From assembly GCA_963817895.1 (NCBI GenBank), contig CAWFQB010000001.1, positions 64,001 to 128,000 on the forward strand: a stretch of DNA of 64,000 nucleotides. Reading direction: 5' to 3'. Shown here one piece after another: positions 32,751 to 44,333 of the stretch; the first letter of the stretch is position 1, and each line of letters opens with the position of its first letter. The notes under the pieces are model-generated. The model was not told the origin of the DNA, made no database searches, and saw nothing but the letters and a program-made list of their open reading frames with translations. Made by a program: the position numbers and the translations under genes. This DNA is from an uncultured Chthonomonadaceae bacterium. GTDB taxonomy: Bacteria > Armatimonadota > Chthonomonadetes > Chthonomonadales > Chthonomonadaceae.

Positions 32751-33464
32751 TGCATCTACTTCACACTGAAAGTAATCGCAAAACCGCTCAAACTTGCGGT
32801 TCCTGCCGCGCGCTTACGGGCGCAATCCTGCGCCTGTTTCGCATCGGTTGCATTGTCGCCGGGAGAAACGGACGTAGCGTGGCAATATTTCACATGCCCG
32901 TCTGCCAGCGCGAAATTTGCGGCCCCATTGTGCCGCCCGATCTCCTCCTGTGGCGCGGCCAGCGGATACAGGGCGCAGCCTTCCGTGTTGCCGTAACCGC
33001 CCATGATTTCAGTCACATAACGCGCGCCTGCCGCCACTTCCGGTTCCATTACGCCATCCGTTGCCGCCAACACAGTTATGCCATTGCCCGCAGCCGAGTA
33101 AACGTTTTCCGCATTATGCTCGTCGGCATCTATCACATTCGCGCGGTTTCCCGATGTTTCCGCCAGCAGGTCAGTTATTTCCGGGTGGCTCACATCAGCC
33201 AGTTGCAGTTTTAGCGCTATGTTGCGGTTGTAGGCGTAGGAAATTGGATACAGGCCGTCAGTCGCCTTTCTATCTTCATCAGGACACCGAAACACCTGAG
33301 TGTTTTTTTCATAGGGATATAGCGGCCCCGCCCATCCCTGCCCCGCATGGAATTTTGCCTGTAGGGAAGTGTCTTTGATAACGGTAATTCCCACGCGATT
33401 GTTGCGCGCGCCAACCGGGAACGTTTCGTCATAATCCTGCACATATTGCAGAATACCGAGACTA

Positions 33465-34595
33465 ATGGACTAATCAGTTAAACATGGTACATAGCACTGG
33501 AAAGTTGTGCTGTTCCAGAAGCGAGCAAGGAAATTCTGCTGTCTTCAAGTAGGTTTCGAACTCTTCAGCTAAAACGGCAAGCGTCGCACATTGATGGTTG
33601 TGTCCGACCGCTTTTCTGGCGGCTTTCCAGACATGTTCCTGCGGGTTCAACTCCGGGCAACCGGGTGGAAACCACAGGACTTCCAAGCGCGGGTTCGCTT
33701 CCAGAACCGCGCGAACCGCTTCGCCTTTGTGCCAGGGAGCGCGATCCCATAACAGCAGAAGAGGTAAGTTCGGGTAGGCGTCGAGCAACTTCTGCAAGAA
33801 CAAGGCGGATACCTCGCTGTTCATCAAGGCGGAGCGCAACAGGGTTTCCTTGCCGGTTGCCATATTGAGTGCTCCGTAGAAGTGCGTGTTGTCCCGACTG
33901 GCACTTACGGGCACAACCGGCGTGTGGCCTTTCTTGGCCCACACGCGCATCAAGGTGGCTTGCAGGTACGCGCTGGCTTCGTCGCCCGCGAGTAAGATCG
34001 TCTTGGGCGCGTTTAACGCCACATCGAGGATTTTTTTTCCAGGTGTTCCTCGAATTCCATGAGCTTGGTCGCGTTGTGGCTCTTATATTGTTTCTCAGGA
34101 CGCTGGTAGCTCATCTCGCAGGTACGCAGCAGGGTGCGTAAGGAACGTCCGGCTCTGGTATACAACGTTGTAGTCACGGGCTAAGAGGGTGACAAGATCG
34201 GAGACACTCCAAAACTGCCCGTCCCCCTGACATTTCTCCTTGCCCAACAACTGAGTGGGAGTGTAGCGATGCAACTGGTTCTGCAAGGCTTCGAGTTGTT
34301 CGCCCGATAGACGCGCCCGGTTGCCGCCGCGTCGGGCATCCACGAGCGCGGTGAGGCCGTGTTCCTGATAGGCGCGTGTCCAGCAGAATAGGCGAGTACG
34401 GCTACACCCGCAGATGTCTTGGATTTCGGCAACAGAGTAGCCCAAGCCATACAGACGAACAGCTTGGTAGCGGCTTTTAGTGTTAGCATCCTTGCAATGC
34501 AGGTATGCAGCGTTCAATGCGTTGGCGTCGGCTTCATTGAGGTGAAAAGTTCGTTGGCTCATACCTCAGTGTACCATGTTTAACTGATTTGTCCA
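33465..34595 (-). mobile_element. IS630-family insertion sequence (~1.13 kb)
   Basis: ~26-bp TIRs TGGACWAATCAGTTAAACATGGTACA (1 mismatch); TA flanks at 33463-64 and 34596-97; HTH ORF plus DDE ORF (AGDEA, WDRAPWH, PELNPQEHVW); A8 slippery run at 34031-34038. Confidence 0.95.
33474..34562 (-). CDS. IS630 transposase (OrfA/OrfB joined by frameshift)
   Basis: N-terminal HTH (RYQAVRLYGLG...W.RAY) and DDE_3 domain. Confidence 0.92.
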
Positions 34596-34810
34596 TAATC
34601 TGTTTCTCATTGGACATGCAGGAAGCCATGTGGGAGCCACGCGATGACTGAAAGATAGGAGACAGGATTGCCACCAGCATCAGACTGACAGGAATACCTA
34701 CCAATCCTGCGCGAATGGGATAACTCAGGCGACGGAAGCCGCTGACATGCGGGCGCGTCAGGATAGACCAGATGGACTCTCTCCATCGCGAACCTCCTGT
34801 TGGAAACATC

Positions 34811-36219
34811 TCAGGCGGGCTTCCAATCGCGCATTTTCTGCGCTGCCGATTGCAACTGCGCATACGCGGGCGCGAGATCAAGATGGGGAAAGCGGTCGCG
34901 CCAGTGGGTTCCCTGTCGCGCATCGTAGCGAATTTCGCCGTCAATCATCGTCAGAATAACGTCAGACGCGCGGGCGGCGTATACGAGCGCGTTGTACGGG
35001 TTGTAGGCGGGCAGGCTATGCAGGTCGTTGAGCCGGACGGCGCATAGATCGGCGCGTTTACCCGGTTCCAGCGCGCCGATTTGTGATTCCAGTCCGAGCG
35101 CCCACGCCCCGCCGATTGTTGCCAGTTCAACCGCGTCCCGCGCCGACATTGCCTCGATCCGATGCCGCGCTCCCCGGTGCATCAGTACGGCGAAACGCAT
35201 CTCCTCAAACAGGTCCATCGTGTTGTTGCTCGCCACGCTGTCAGAGCCAAGCCCAATTTTCGATTGTGGATTGACGATTGACGATTGATTTTCATCTCGG
35301 CGGAAGTCGGCCAAGATGCCTAAGGGGGCGACGCCGTTGCCCAATTTGGCGTTGGATTTGGGGCAGTGCGCCCAGGCTGCGCCCCGTTCGCGGACGATTT
35401 GTCGATCTCCTGCCGATACCTGTACGCCGTGTACCAGGAGGGTATTCGCGTCAACGATTCCCAATTGGTCCAGATACGCGACTGTGCTGCTTTGGGGTGG
35501 AATCCAGTTGATTTCGGCGGCGCGCGAACATGTCCGCAATGCCGCCCGTACCCGAACGCAACAATTCCGCTTCCGCCTGCGATTCGGCTGCATGGATGCA
35601 CACGCGCAAACCCTCCTGCCGCGCCATTCGCGCCAGTTCGCGCATCAGGGCAGGTCGAACCGTATACGGCGCGTGGGGCGAAATGCCGACTTCCAGCAGG
35701 CTGTCTCCCGCTTCGGTTTGCAGGCGTTCCACTTTCGCTTTCAGTTCCGCGACGATCTCTTCCACCGTTCGCAGTTCGTCAATGCCGAACACCTCCTGAT
35801 AAATCCGCCCGCGCAACCCCAACGTTTTCGCGCCCCATAAGGCCGCGCCGCTGTCCGTGCAATCTCCTATGGTCGTGACGCCGCCTGCAACGGCTTCCGC
35901 CGCGCCCATGATGGCCGAGCGACTGCCAATCTTCCCATGTCAACGCCATTTTACGCATCGTCAGTTCGCGTATCCAGGTAAAAAACGGAATGTCTTCCAG
36001 CAGGCCGCGCATCACCGTATAATCCAGATGCGTATGCATGTTGACCAATCCGGGCATGAGAATGGCGTCGCCAAGATCAACAACCGCGTCGCCAGACAGG
36101 TTTGCCGCGGGAACAGGCCGCGCTTCCACAATGCGCCCGTCTTCTACGACGACCTCGCCGTTCTCAATCGGCAAACTGGAAACCGGCAGTATCCACCCCG
36201 CCCGCAAAACCGTTACCAC
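34811..36219 (-). CDS. Metal-dependent amidohydrolase, MtaD/TRZ-ATZ-like deaminase (frameshifted)
   Basis: MPGLVNMHTH, SPHAPYT, IHAAES, HCPKSNAKLG, GLGSD..ASNN, GALEPGKRAD. Confidence 0.9.
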
Positions 36220-36301
36220 AGTTACGTCCTTCCCGCAAAATATGCGGATTATTTTCGTTTCCACCGCTCTCGTTTAGAACATTTATTTCGTTAAGGACGT
36301 C

Positions 36302-36348
36302 AAAAAAACCTCCCGGCTTCTCCCTCATGATGGGGAGGCAGCCGGGAG
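36302..36348 (-). terminator. Intrinsic terminator
   Basis: CTCCCGGCT...AGCCGGGAG stem followed by T7 on the minus strand. Confidence 0.7.
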
Positions 36349-36355
36349 CAAACAA

Positions 36356-36472
36356 AAGGATGAGGGATGAGGGATGAGGGATGAAAAGTATCTTGCGGAG
36401 GGCATCTGCTCAAACCGATAGGAATTACGAGCAGGCATTGTCTTCATCCCTCATCCCTCATCCCTTATCCCT
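36356..36472. repeat. Inverted GGGATGA array element
   Basis: (GGGATGA)n ... (TCATCCC)n. Confidence 0.8.
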
Positions 36473-36496
36473 TCCTCACAGCGGCTGCCGCCACAA

Positions 36497-37166
36497 CTAA
36501 TCCAACTGTTCGCGGGTCAGGCTTTTGGCGTGGCTGTCGGCGAACAGGGTGTTGTAGCGGAGGGCGCGGGGAAAGAGACTGCCGTGCCACGCGCCCGCGC
36601 CGTCGAAATACAGGTTCACTTCGGCGGGCCGCTGAATAGTCGCGTCCCCCGCGTTGCGAAACGCGATTTCCGTGCGGTAGTAGTAACTCGTGCCGAACTT
36701 CTTGTAACTGCTCGGATTGGCGTTGGGCGGAGTACCGCCCGGATCAATCGCAATGCAGGCAAAATCCTCGATATCGAACCCCGTATCCGCCGGACAATGA
36801 AAAATCTCTTTCGCTTTCACATACGGCGCTAAAGCTTCCTGTATTAAGGGCATGGTCTTGATTTGCGCCTGAAACGTCGGGCTGGCTGTTCCAGATTTGG
36901 GGCGTCCACTTGTCCGCCGGGTCCACCGCAAAGGGATACAGGCCGTCATAGTCCTGCGTATACAGGTTGTTGGCGACGCCGATTTGCCGCAGATTGGAAA
37001 CGCAGGTGATTTCCCGCGCTTTGCCCCGCGCCGTCAGGAAAACCGGGAACAGCAACGCGGCGAGAATTCCGATAATGGCAATGACGACGAGCAGTTCAAT
37101 GAGAGTGAAGGCGGTGTTCGGTATTCGGTGCTGGGTGTTGGGTACAGAGCGTTGAGTGGTAAGCAT
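36497..37166 (-). CDS. Prepilin-type N-terminal cleavage/methylation protein, DUF1559-like (frameshift near 36880)
   Basis: [45 protein letters not shown]...[10 protein letters not shown]. Confidence 0.92.
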
Positions 37167-37400
37167 GAAGAACGTCCTCCTTCGCGCCGATGGGGTTTGC
37201 CGGGGATTGAAAATCCCCGGCACAAAACTGCCGTAAATTTGGTAACGCGCTCACAATGCAGAGTTGCGTAGGAATCAAGCGCGGATACGTCTAATATACC
37301 TTTATTGTACTGTTGTACGCGCGTTGAATCGGATAATGTGTCCAGACTCCGGTTCAATCCGCGCCGTTTCACAAATTTTCACATCGAGGACGATATTGCT

Positions 37401-39498
37401 ATGCACAAATACCCTTTTTCGCCCAATTCAGGCCGCTTCGCGTTGCGCTCGGTTCTGGTTCCCACAGCCCTGCTCATTTCCGCCCTGTCGCTGTCCACGC
37501 TGACGGTTTCCAAACCTTCCAATGCGGATGGCGCGGGCGACAATCAAGTTGACAACGTTCGGCGCATCCCGCAGGCGGGTGTCGAGGTTCCCCCGGCGGA
37601 TCGCGAAGAATTGCAAAAGGGCGTGGAAAGATTGGGCGCGGAAATCGAAGGACTGCAAAAGACTCTGGTCCCCGCGCAGCAGGATTTGCTGCCCGATGTG
37701 CAGATATACCACAACGCCGTTCGCTACGCCCTGACGTACAACGAGTTCTTCAGCCCCCGCGAGATACAAACCGCCAAAGCATTGTTGCAGCAGGGACTTG
37801 ACCGGGCGGCGCAATTGAAGGCCGGTAAGCCGGAATGGACAACCGCGACCGGCTTGATTGTTCGCGGCTACGTGTCGAACATTGACGGCTCGGTTCAGCC
37901 GTATGGCCTGATTGTGCCGGAAGGCTACAATGCAAAGGGCGCGGACAAGCGGCGATTGGACGTGTGGTATCATGGCCGGGGCGAAACCTTGAGCGAACTG
38001 AACTTCATCAATGACCGGCAGCGCAATAAGGGCGAGTTCACCCCGACCGGCGCGTTCGTGCTGCATCCCTACGGACGCTTTTGCAATGCCAACCGCTTTG
38101 CCGGAGAGATAGATACGTGGGAAGCGCTGGACGCAATCGGCAAGCACTACCGGATTGACGCCACTCGGCTGGTAGACCGGGGCTTTTCGATGGGCGGCGC
38201 GGCGGCATGGCTGTTTGCCACGCACTATCCGGGCGCGTGGGCGGCTGCCAATCCGGGCGCGGGCTTCTCCGAAACGGCGGATTTTTTGAAGTTGTCTCAG
38301 AATGAACCCACGCAGCCGGCATGGTATCAACAAAAATTGTGGCACTGGTACGACAGCACGGACTACGCCGCGAACCTGTTCAACTGTCCTGTCATCGCCT
38401 ACAGCGGCGAGATTGACGGGCAGCGGCAGGCGGCAACCCTGATGGTGAAAGCCGCAAGCGCGGAGGGGTTGTCCTTCAAGCACATCATCGGGCCGAAAGC
38501 GGGCCACTTTTACGAGGCAAACGCCAAAAAAGAGGTCGCCGGATTGGTAGACGAACTGGCGGCGCAGGGCAACGATGTCAATCCGCCGCGTATTCAGTTT
38601 GTCACATGGACGCTGCGTTACAACCGCTGCAAGTGGGCCCAGATTGACGGCATGGCGAAACACTGGGAGCAGGCGCGTATAGACGCTGACCGGACGGCAA
38701 CCGACAATTACCAGGTCAAAACGCGCAATATCACGGCCTTTTCCCTTGTGCTTCCCACGACCGCGCAGGAACAAACATCCCGCCGCGCTATCCACGTCGC
38801 CATTGACGGCGCGGCATCGCCGCTGACAGTGGAATTCAATCCCGGCGCGACCTCGACGGCGCATTTCTCTCAGGACGCCAAAACGGGCAAATGGGCGGTT
38901 GGGGAGATCAAAAGCAAAGCGTTGCGTAAACAGCATCTGCTGCAAGGCCCGATTGACGATGCGTTCATGGAGAGTTTTGTCATGGTCACGCCTTCGGGAA
39001 CGGGGCGCAATCCGAAAGTGGCCGATTGGGTGAAGCGGGAACAGGCCCACGCCATTGAACACTGGCGGCGGCAGTTCCGGGGCGAAGCGCGGGTGAAAGC
39101 GGATACCGCTATTTCCAATCAGGACATCGCCAACAGCAACCTGATTTTGTGGGGCGATCCGAGCAGCAACAAAATTCTGGCGCGGATTGCCGGCAAACTG
39201 CCCGATTAAATGGGACGCGCAAAACGTGAAGGTAGGCGCGACCACGTTCGCTGCCGATCATCACGCGCCTGTTCTGATTTATCCCAACCCGCTCAACCCG
39301 AAAAAGTACATCGTGCTGAACAGCGGCTTTACGTACCGCGAGTACGACTATCTGAACAATGCGCGTCAGACCGCCAAACTGCCCGATTACGCGGTTGTGG
39401 ACGTGGACGTTCCGGTTTCATCCCGCGCCCCCGGCGGCATCGTCAAAGCCGGTTTCTTTGATGACAAATGGGAATTGCAGGCCAACGACGGGCAGTAA
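37401..39498 (+). CDS. Exported alpha/beta-hydrolase (prolyl-oligopeptidase-like; frameshift near 39207)
   Basis: Signal peptide; DGSVQPY, WYHGRG, nucleophile GFSMGG, YSGEID, GH. Confidence 0.8.
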
Positions 39499-39513
39499 TT
39501 TTGGTCTTGAATT

Positions 39514-40521
39514 ATGGATCAGGCTATGCCGGATACATTGCTTAACATCAGTCCGATTTTGACGCGGGAAGATATTGTGGCGCGCGAAGCGAAGCGCCGC
39601 AAACTCTTGCATCGTCTGGATGCGAGCCGCGCCACGGTTCGACTGGAAGCGATTGAGGAGTGTGAGCGCCTGTCGCCCGATGAGATAGGCACACTGCTGT
39701 TGCTTTCTGACCGGGCGGACGACTGGCGTTTTCCGAAATGGTTTCAGGGTATGGCCGATGTCGCCGTCGCAATGGTGGCGTCCATTTCGATTGTCGGCGC
39801 AGTTTATGGCCGGACGTTTCCCGAATACGCGCTGATGCCACACCTTAGTTTGTATCTTGGGACATGGGCGGCATTGGCGGCAGTCTGCGTTATCGTCCAT
39901 AGCGCGTATCAGAAGAACCGCTATTCCGTTCACGTACAGGAGAGTTTGCGGCAGGTGATCGCCACAAGCCAAAACCCGGATATTTTCCCCATTTTGATGC
40001 GGATGCTGCGAACTCCGACGCTGCGCTATCAGCGTGAATTTTCCAGTGATTCTGATGAGGCGTTGTATCAGGCCGCTGCTCACTGGCTGCTCCGGCTGCC
40101 AACAGAGCAAATCCGCGCTTACGCGGTTCGCCATGACTCCCTGTATCTGTTTCTGTCACCCGGTCGCGTAAGCGCCAATCCAGAAGTGGCCCTGCGCGTC
40201 CTTTACCTCCTGAAACAGATCGGCACTTCCAGCGCCATTCCGGTAGTCACGACATTAACGCGAACACTGCATAGAAACTACCAAACGATTCAGGTCGCCG
40301 CACAGGACTGCCTGACCGTCCTGCTGGAGCGCGAACGGCAAAGCCGCCAGCCGGAAATCCTATTGCGGGCATCCTGCGCGCCCCCTGTTCAGAGGGATAC
40401 CATGCTGCGCGCGGCCTCAGTTCCCCCGCCCGCGCCGGACACGCTGCTGCGCCCATTATTAGCGCAAACCGTTACCGCCGCGCCCGAACAATTGCTGCGC
40501 TCATCCACTATGCAGGAGTAA
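39514..40521 (+). CDS. Membrane protein with HEAT-like helices and C-terminal LLR(A/P/S) repeats
   Basis: Two TM segments; LKQIG...AIP, VAAQDCL; four xxLLRxS-like units. Confidence 0.7.
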   Translation: MDQAMPDTLLNISPILTREDIVAREAKRRKLLHRLDASRATVRLEAIEECERLSPDEIGTLLLLSDRADDWRFPKWFQGMADVAVAMVASISIVGAVYGRTFPEYALMPHLSLYLGTWAALAAVCVIVHSAYQKNRYSVHVQESLRQVIATSQNPDIFPILMRMLRTPTLRYQREFSSDSDEALYQAAAHWLLRLPTEQIRAYAVRHDSLYLFLSPGRVSANPEVALRVLYLLKQIGTSSAIPVVTTLTRTLHRNYQTIQVAAQDCLTVLLERERQSRQPEILLRASCAPPVQRDTMLRAASVPPPAPDTLLRPLLAQTVTAAPEQLLRSSTMQE

Positions 40522-40595
40522 TCTCCTCATATTCCGCGTATCAAGGGTAGTTCTAACAACCTAACAACTAACAACCTGAACTCAAGGAGTTTACA

Positions 40596-41018
40596 ATGGC
40601 AACCGAACGAACGTATATCATGATCAAGCCGGACGGCGTACAGCGGCAACTGGTGGGGGAAATCATCCGCCGCTTTGAAACGCGGGGATTGAAATTGCTC
40701 GGCCTGAAAATGCTGACGCCGACACGCGAAATGGGCGAAACGCACTACGCCGTACATCGGGAACGCCCGTTCTTCGGCGATCTGGTGAACTTCATCACAT
40801 CGGGGCCTGTAGTGGCAATGGTGTGGGAGGGCAGTGACGCCATCAAACTCAGCCGCAACATGATCGGCGCGACCAAGCCCGCTGAAGCGCTATCCGGCAC
40901 GATACGCGGCGACTTCACGACCGAACTGCAAACCAATCTCGTACACGGTTCCGACGCCCCCGAAGCCGCGCAGCAGGAAATCGCCCTCTGGTTCAAACCC
41001 GAAGAACTGTTGGACTGA
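40596..41018 (+). CDS. ndk: Nucleoside diphosphate kinase
   Basis: [39 protein letters not shown]. Confidence 0.97.
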   Translation: MATERTYIMIKPDGVQRQLVGEIIRRFETRGLKLLGLKMLTPTREMGETHYAVHRERPFFGDLVNFITSGPVVAMVWEGSDAIKLSRNMIGATKPAEALSGTIRGDFTTELQTNLVHGSDAPEAAQQEIALWFKPEELLD

Positions 41019-41306
41019 ATAATCTGGCCGTGTCCCTGTTGTGAGGAAATCGCGTGATGCCACCGCGTTGTTAAACGGGCTGCGCAAACTTGCGTTCTGT
41101 ACGGATGTTGCGCAGGCGGTTTATATTACAGTCCTGCTTGTGCTTCTAAGTAGCCAGCCGTTGAAAGTTCGTACTTTTTCAAGATGTAGAATCTACGAAC
41201 ATTGAGCGCGTGGCTACTTATAACTGCTGCGTGGCGGAAAACGATTGTTTGCCAAATTCCACGACTTTCAGTAACATGGCCTACTACATTGTCTTCAAGC
41301 GGGTGA

Positions 41307-41738
41307 TCATATCCGCGTCCATGCCCACCAAGTGTAATGGTACTCGCCCTGTTCCACATGATACCTCGCATTACACAAGCGGCACTGACACTGGTAAGCG
41401 CTGGACCACGTTTCCCTGTCAGAGATTGATTCAAGTATCGCAACATTCCCCGTTCGCTCTTCCTCAACGGGATTGAAAAGATCGTCGAGAGGGTAAAGGC
41501 CGCAAAGACAGCCGCTGCCGTTTTTAATAAACTCCAATTTACGGATTGCAAATTCCAGATGGCTAGAGTTTGGCCGTAATGCGCCGCCAAGAGGCACGTC
41601 ACTTGTACTCTGCCTGATTTCGTCAAGATGCGCCACCAAAAGCGCTAACTCCTGTGGATCGCGAAGCGTCCTGATGGCGCAGGCGCTTGCCCATATTTGT
41701 TGCGGGTCCTTTGAAGTGATATTTTCGAGTAGGGTCAT
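41307..41738 (-). CDS. Hypothetical Cys-containing protein
   Basis: Clean 143-aa ORF with CLC and CxCxxC motifs; more AT-rich than its neighbours. Confidence 0.6.
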   Translation of the reverse strand: MTLLENITSKDPQQIWASACAIRTLRDPQELALLVAHLDEIRQSTSDVPLGGALRPNSSHLEFAIRKLEFIKNGSGCLCGLYPLDDLFNPVEEERTGNVAILESISDRETWSSAYQCQCRLCNARYHVEQGEYHYTWWAWTRI

Positions 41739-41923
41739 AATTCAACCGTTTCCTATGAAACTCCTCAAGTCGGGCCATGTGCGACTTCTACATAATTATC
41801 ACGTCGCGTCTCCTGTTATCCTGTTATACGGGGTTTATCTGATTTATTTTTGATGTGTCTTCACTTTAGAGGCAGGGGTTTCAGCTTCGGATACAGGAAT
41901 ACCGTTTTGGAGGAGTGGGAAAT

Positions 41924-43585
41924 ATGCGCGTCTTATGGACGATTGTACTGGGTCTGTGCCTGAGTGTTGGAACATATTCAGGAGTGGGAGCAGCGGAGTA
42001 TTATGTCAGCGCGGAGGGCAATGACGCGGAAACGGGAACTGCGTCGGGCAAGGCGTGGCAAACTCTTGCTCGCGCCGGAAAGCAGACGTTTCAAGCGGGC
42101 GACCGTTTGCTGCTGCATGGTGGGGATACGTTTGCGGGTAATCTGGAATTGCATGGGGCGGGAACGGAAGCCAAGCCGATTGCGCTTGCCTCGTATGGCA
42201 AAGGACGAGCCACCATTCAGGCAGGGAACGGAACCGGGCGTTCATATTCGTAACGCGGGCGGATGGAATATCAGCAATCTGATTATTGCGGGGGCGGGAC
42301 GGGAAAGCAATCGGGGCAGCGGGCTTGTGTTTCGCAACGAATTGCCGGGAAACAAGCGCCTGAACTTCATTCGCGTTGACCAATGTGGAAGCGTCCGGGT
42401 TCGGCAGGCATGGCATTTTAGTGGAGGGGGCCGCGTCCGACAAAAGCCAGAGCGGGTACGGCAATGTTCGTTTGCTTCATTGTGCCGCGCATGACAACGC
42501 TTATACGGGCATTTACGTGACCAGCGTGTTCGATGTCCACGCCACGCGCTACGCCCACGCGGATGTGACCGTTGACCACTGCTTCGCCTACGACAATCCC
42601 GGCGATCCTTACTTCACCCAAAACCATTCCGGCAGCGGTATCTTTCTGGAATTTGTGGATGGCGGCGTGATTGACCACTGCGTCGCGCATGATAACGGGG
42701 CATTGTGTCCGTGCAAATCGGGCGGGCCGGTCGGAATCTGGGCGGCGGCCTGCAACAACATTGTGATTGAGCATTGCGAGTCGCACCACAACCGAACCGG
42801 TGACCAGTCCCTTGACGGCGGCGGCTTCGATCTGGATGGCGGCGTCACCAATTCCATTCTGCAATACAACTATTCCCACGACAATGACGGCGCGGGCTAT
42901 CTCGTTTATACCTACCCGGACGCGCCCTATACCTGCCGCAACAACACCGTCCGCTATAACATCAGCCAGAACGACGGGCGCAAACACCACTACGGCGCGA
43001 TTTTCATCGGCGGCGACATACGCGACACCAACATTTACAACAACACGCTGTACGTCAGCCCCGCCGCCCAGTGCCGCTGTCACAAATTCTACTATGGGCG
43101 CGACGCCCTGCGCATTGATTTTGAGCGGCGGCAGAAACACGCGCTGCTTCAACAACATTATAATGACAACGGGCGGCGCGCCACTGGTGGAGAAAAGCAA
43201 GCCTGCCGATGTTCTGCTGCGCGGCAATGCGTACTGGAGCAGCGGCGACCGATTTCAACTGAAGTGGAACAGCGTTGTTTACGGCAGCCTGAACGCTTTT
43301 CAACTCGCCACGCGGCAGGAGGGCAAGCCCGCGCAGAATGGCGGCGGGGCGGTTGGCGTGGAAACCGACCCGCTTTTAACCAGACCGGGCGCGGCTCCTA
43401 CCCTCAACAATGCCGACAACCTGAATAAACTGGATGCTTACCGGCTGCTGCCCAAATCGCCTCTCATCAACGCTGGAGTTCATCTGCCCATCTATTACGG
43501 CATCCGCGTGGGCGAACAGGACTTTTTCGGCGACCATCTGCCCAACGGCAAAGAGTACGACATCGGCGCGCATGAGCGGAAATAG
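41924..43585 (+). CDS. Secreted right-handed parallel beta-helix protein (pectin-lyase-like; frameshifted)
   Basis: YYVSAEGND, DGGGFDLDGG, QYNYSHDNDG, NTVRYNISQND, SPLINAG, DIGAHE. Confidence 0.85.
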
Positions 43586-43659
43586 TCCACAGGTGTTCGG
43601 TGTTCAGGTATTCACAATCGTAACGGCTTCTGCAATCATCATGAACACTCGTTTCTATT

Positions 43660-44268
43660 TCAGTGGTCTTGATTTTGACCACTTCTTTGTCTCTTTTTTA
43701 CGGCTTTCAACAACTGCGTTGTACGCGGCGGCGTGGTGGCTGGCAGACGCAAACTATTGTCGTCGGCAATGCGGGTAATCTCGTGCAGGACGACATCATT
43801 GCCGGGATAGCCGAAGGTTCGATATCGTATTTTACCGGTGTTATCCAGTATAATCACTGTCGGCACATGCGCAATGCGGAAACGCTGGCTGACACTCGCG
43901 CCCCCGTCGAGCAGCACGGGGAATGGCAGGTTGCCGTTCGTGATGTTCATAAACTCTCGCAGGCGCGTGCCATCCACGCTCACGGCGACAAGCCGAAATC
44001 CCATCTCGTTCTGCCGCGCCGCAAGCGTTTTCAAATGCGGCAGTTCCGCTTTCCACGTATCGCACCAGAACGCCCAAAAATTTAGCACCACAATTTCGCC
44101 CCGATGCGCCTGCAAATCGAAAGTCTTTCCCTTTACATCGGGTAGGGAAAACGCAGGCGCAATACTGTCAGCGCTGGTTATCACTTCTGTTTCTGCCCCG
44201 TGTGTAGGTACGCTACTGAGCATTACTACTAGAACGCCCAACTGTGTCCACATTTGCTGCCTGTTCAT
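43660..44268 (-). CDS. Exported TlpA/AhpC-TSA-like thioredoxin-fold protein with a CxxW active site
   Basis: APAFSLPD, VVLNFWAFWCDTW, AVSVD, FPVLLD, VPTVIILD..G.IRY. Confidence 0.88.
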   Translation of the reverse strand: MNRQQMWTQLGVLVVMLSSVPTHGAETEVITSADSIAPAFSLPDVKGKTFDLQAHRGEIVVLNFWAFWCDTWKAELPHLKTLAARQNEMGFRLVAVSVDGTRLREFMNITNGNLPFPVLLDGGASVSQRFRIAHVPTVIILDNTGKIRYRTFGYPGNDVVLHEITRIADDNSLRLPATTPPRTTQLLKAVKKRQRSGQNQDH

Positions 44269-44284
44269 TGTTCACTCCTTGAGT

Positions 44285-44333
44285 TCCCCTTCTCTCAGGC
44301 TTTTTTGGGAGAAGGGGTTAGGGGTTGAGGGCT
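44285..44333. repeat. REP-like CCCCTTCTC/GAGAAGGGG element
   Basis: TCCCCTTCTCTCA...TGGGAGAAGGGGTTAGGGGTTGAGGG. Confidence 0.5.

Larger units (their letters stand above)
32756..34809 (-). pseudogene. Prepilin-like DUF1559/H-X9-DG gene interrupted by IS630
   Basis: Removing the IS restores in-frame AILSPIF...SCMSNEKQI-SLGILQYVQDYDETFP...RHNGAANFALADGHVK. Confidence 0.9.

Noticed and set aside
36270..36475. SAM/SAH riboswitch upstream of the MtaD-like deaminase
   Set aside because: The structure is explained by a terminator plus a heptamer inverted element; no aptamer motifs were seen.
36477..36499. TAG read-through (pyrrolysine) at the end of the prepilin-like gene (QLD*LWRQPL*)
   Set aside because: It would add only a few residues and there is no pyl context. 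A point mutation, base error or true stop is simpler.
37428..39245. Long antisense ORFs (605 aa here; also 1824-2831, 23257-24177, 47212-48264, 62074-63063)
   Set aside because: These are shadow ORFs of GC-rich genes with recognisable products on the other strand.
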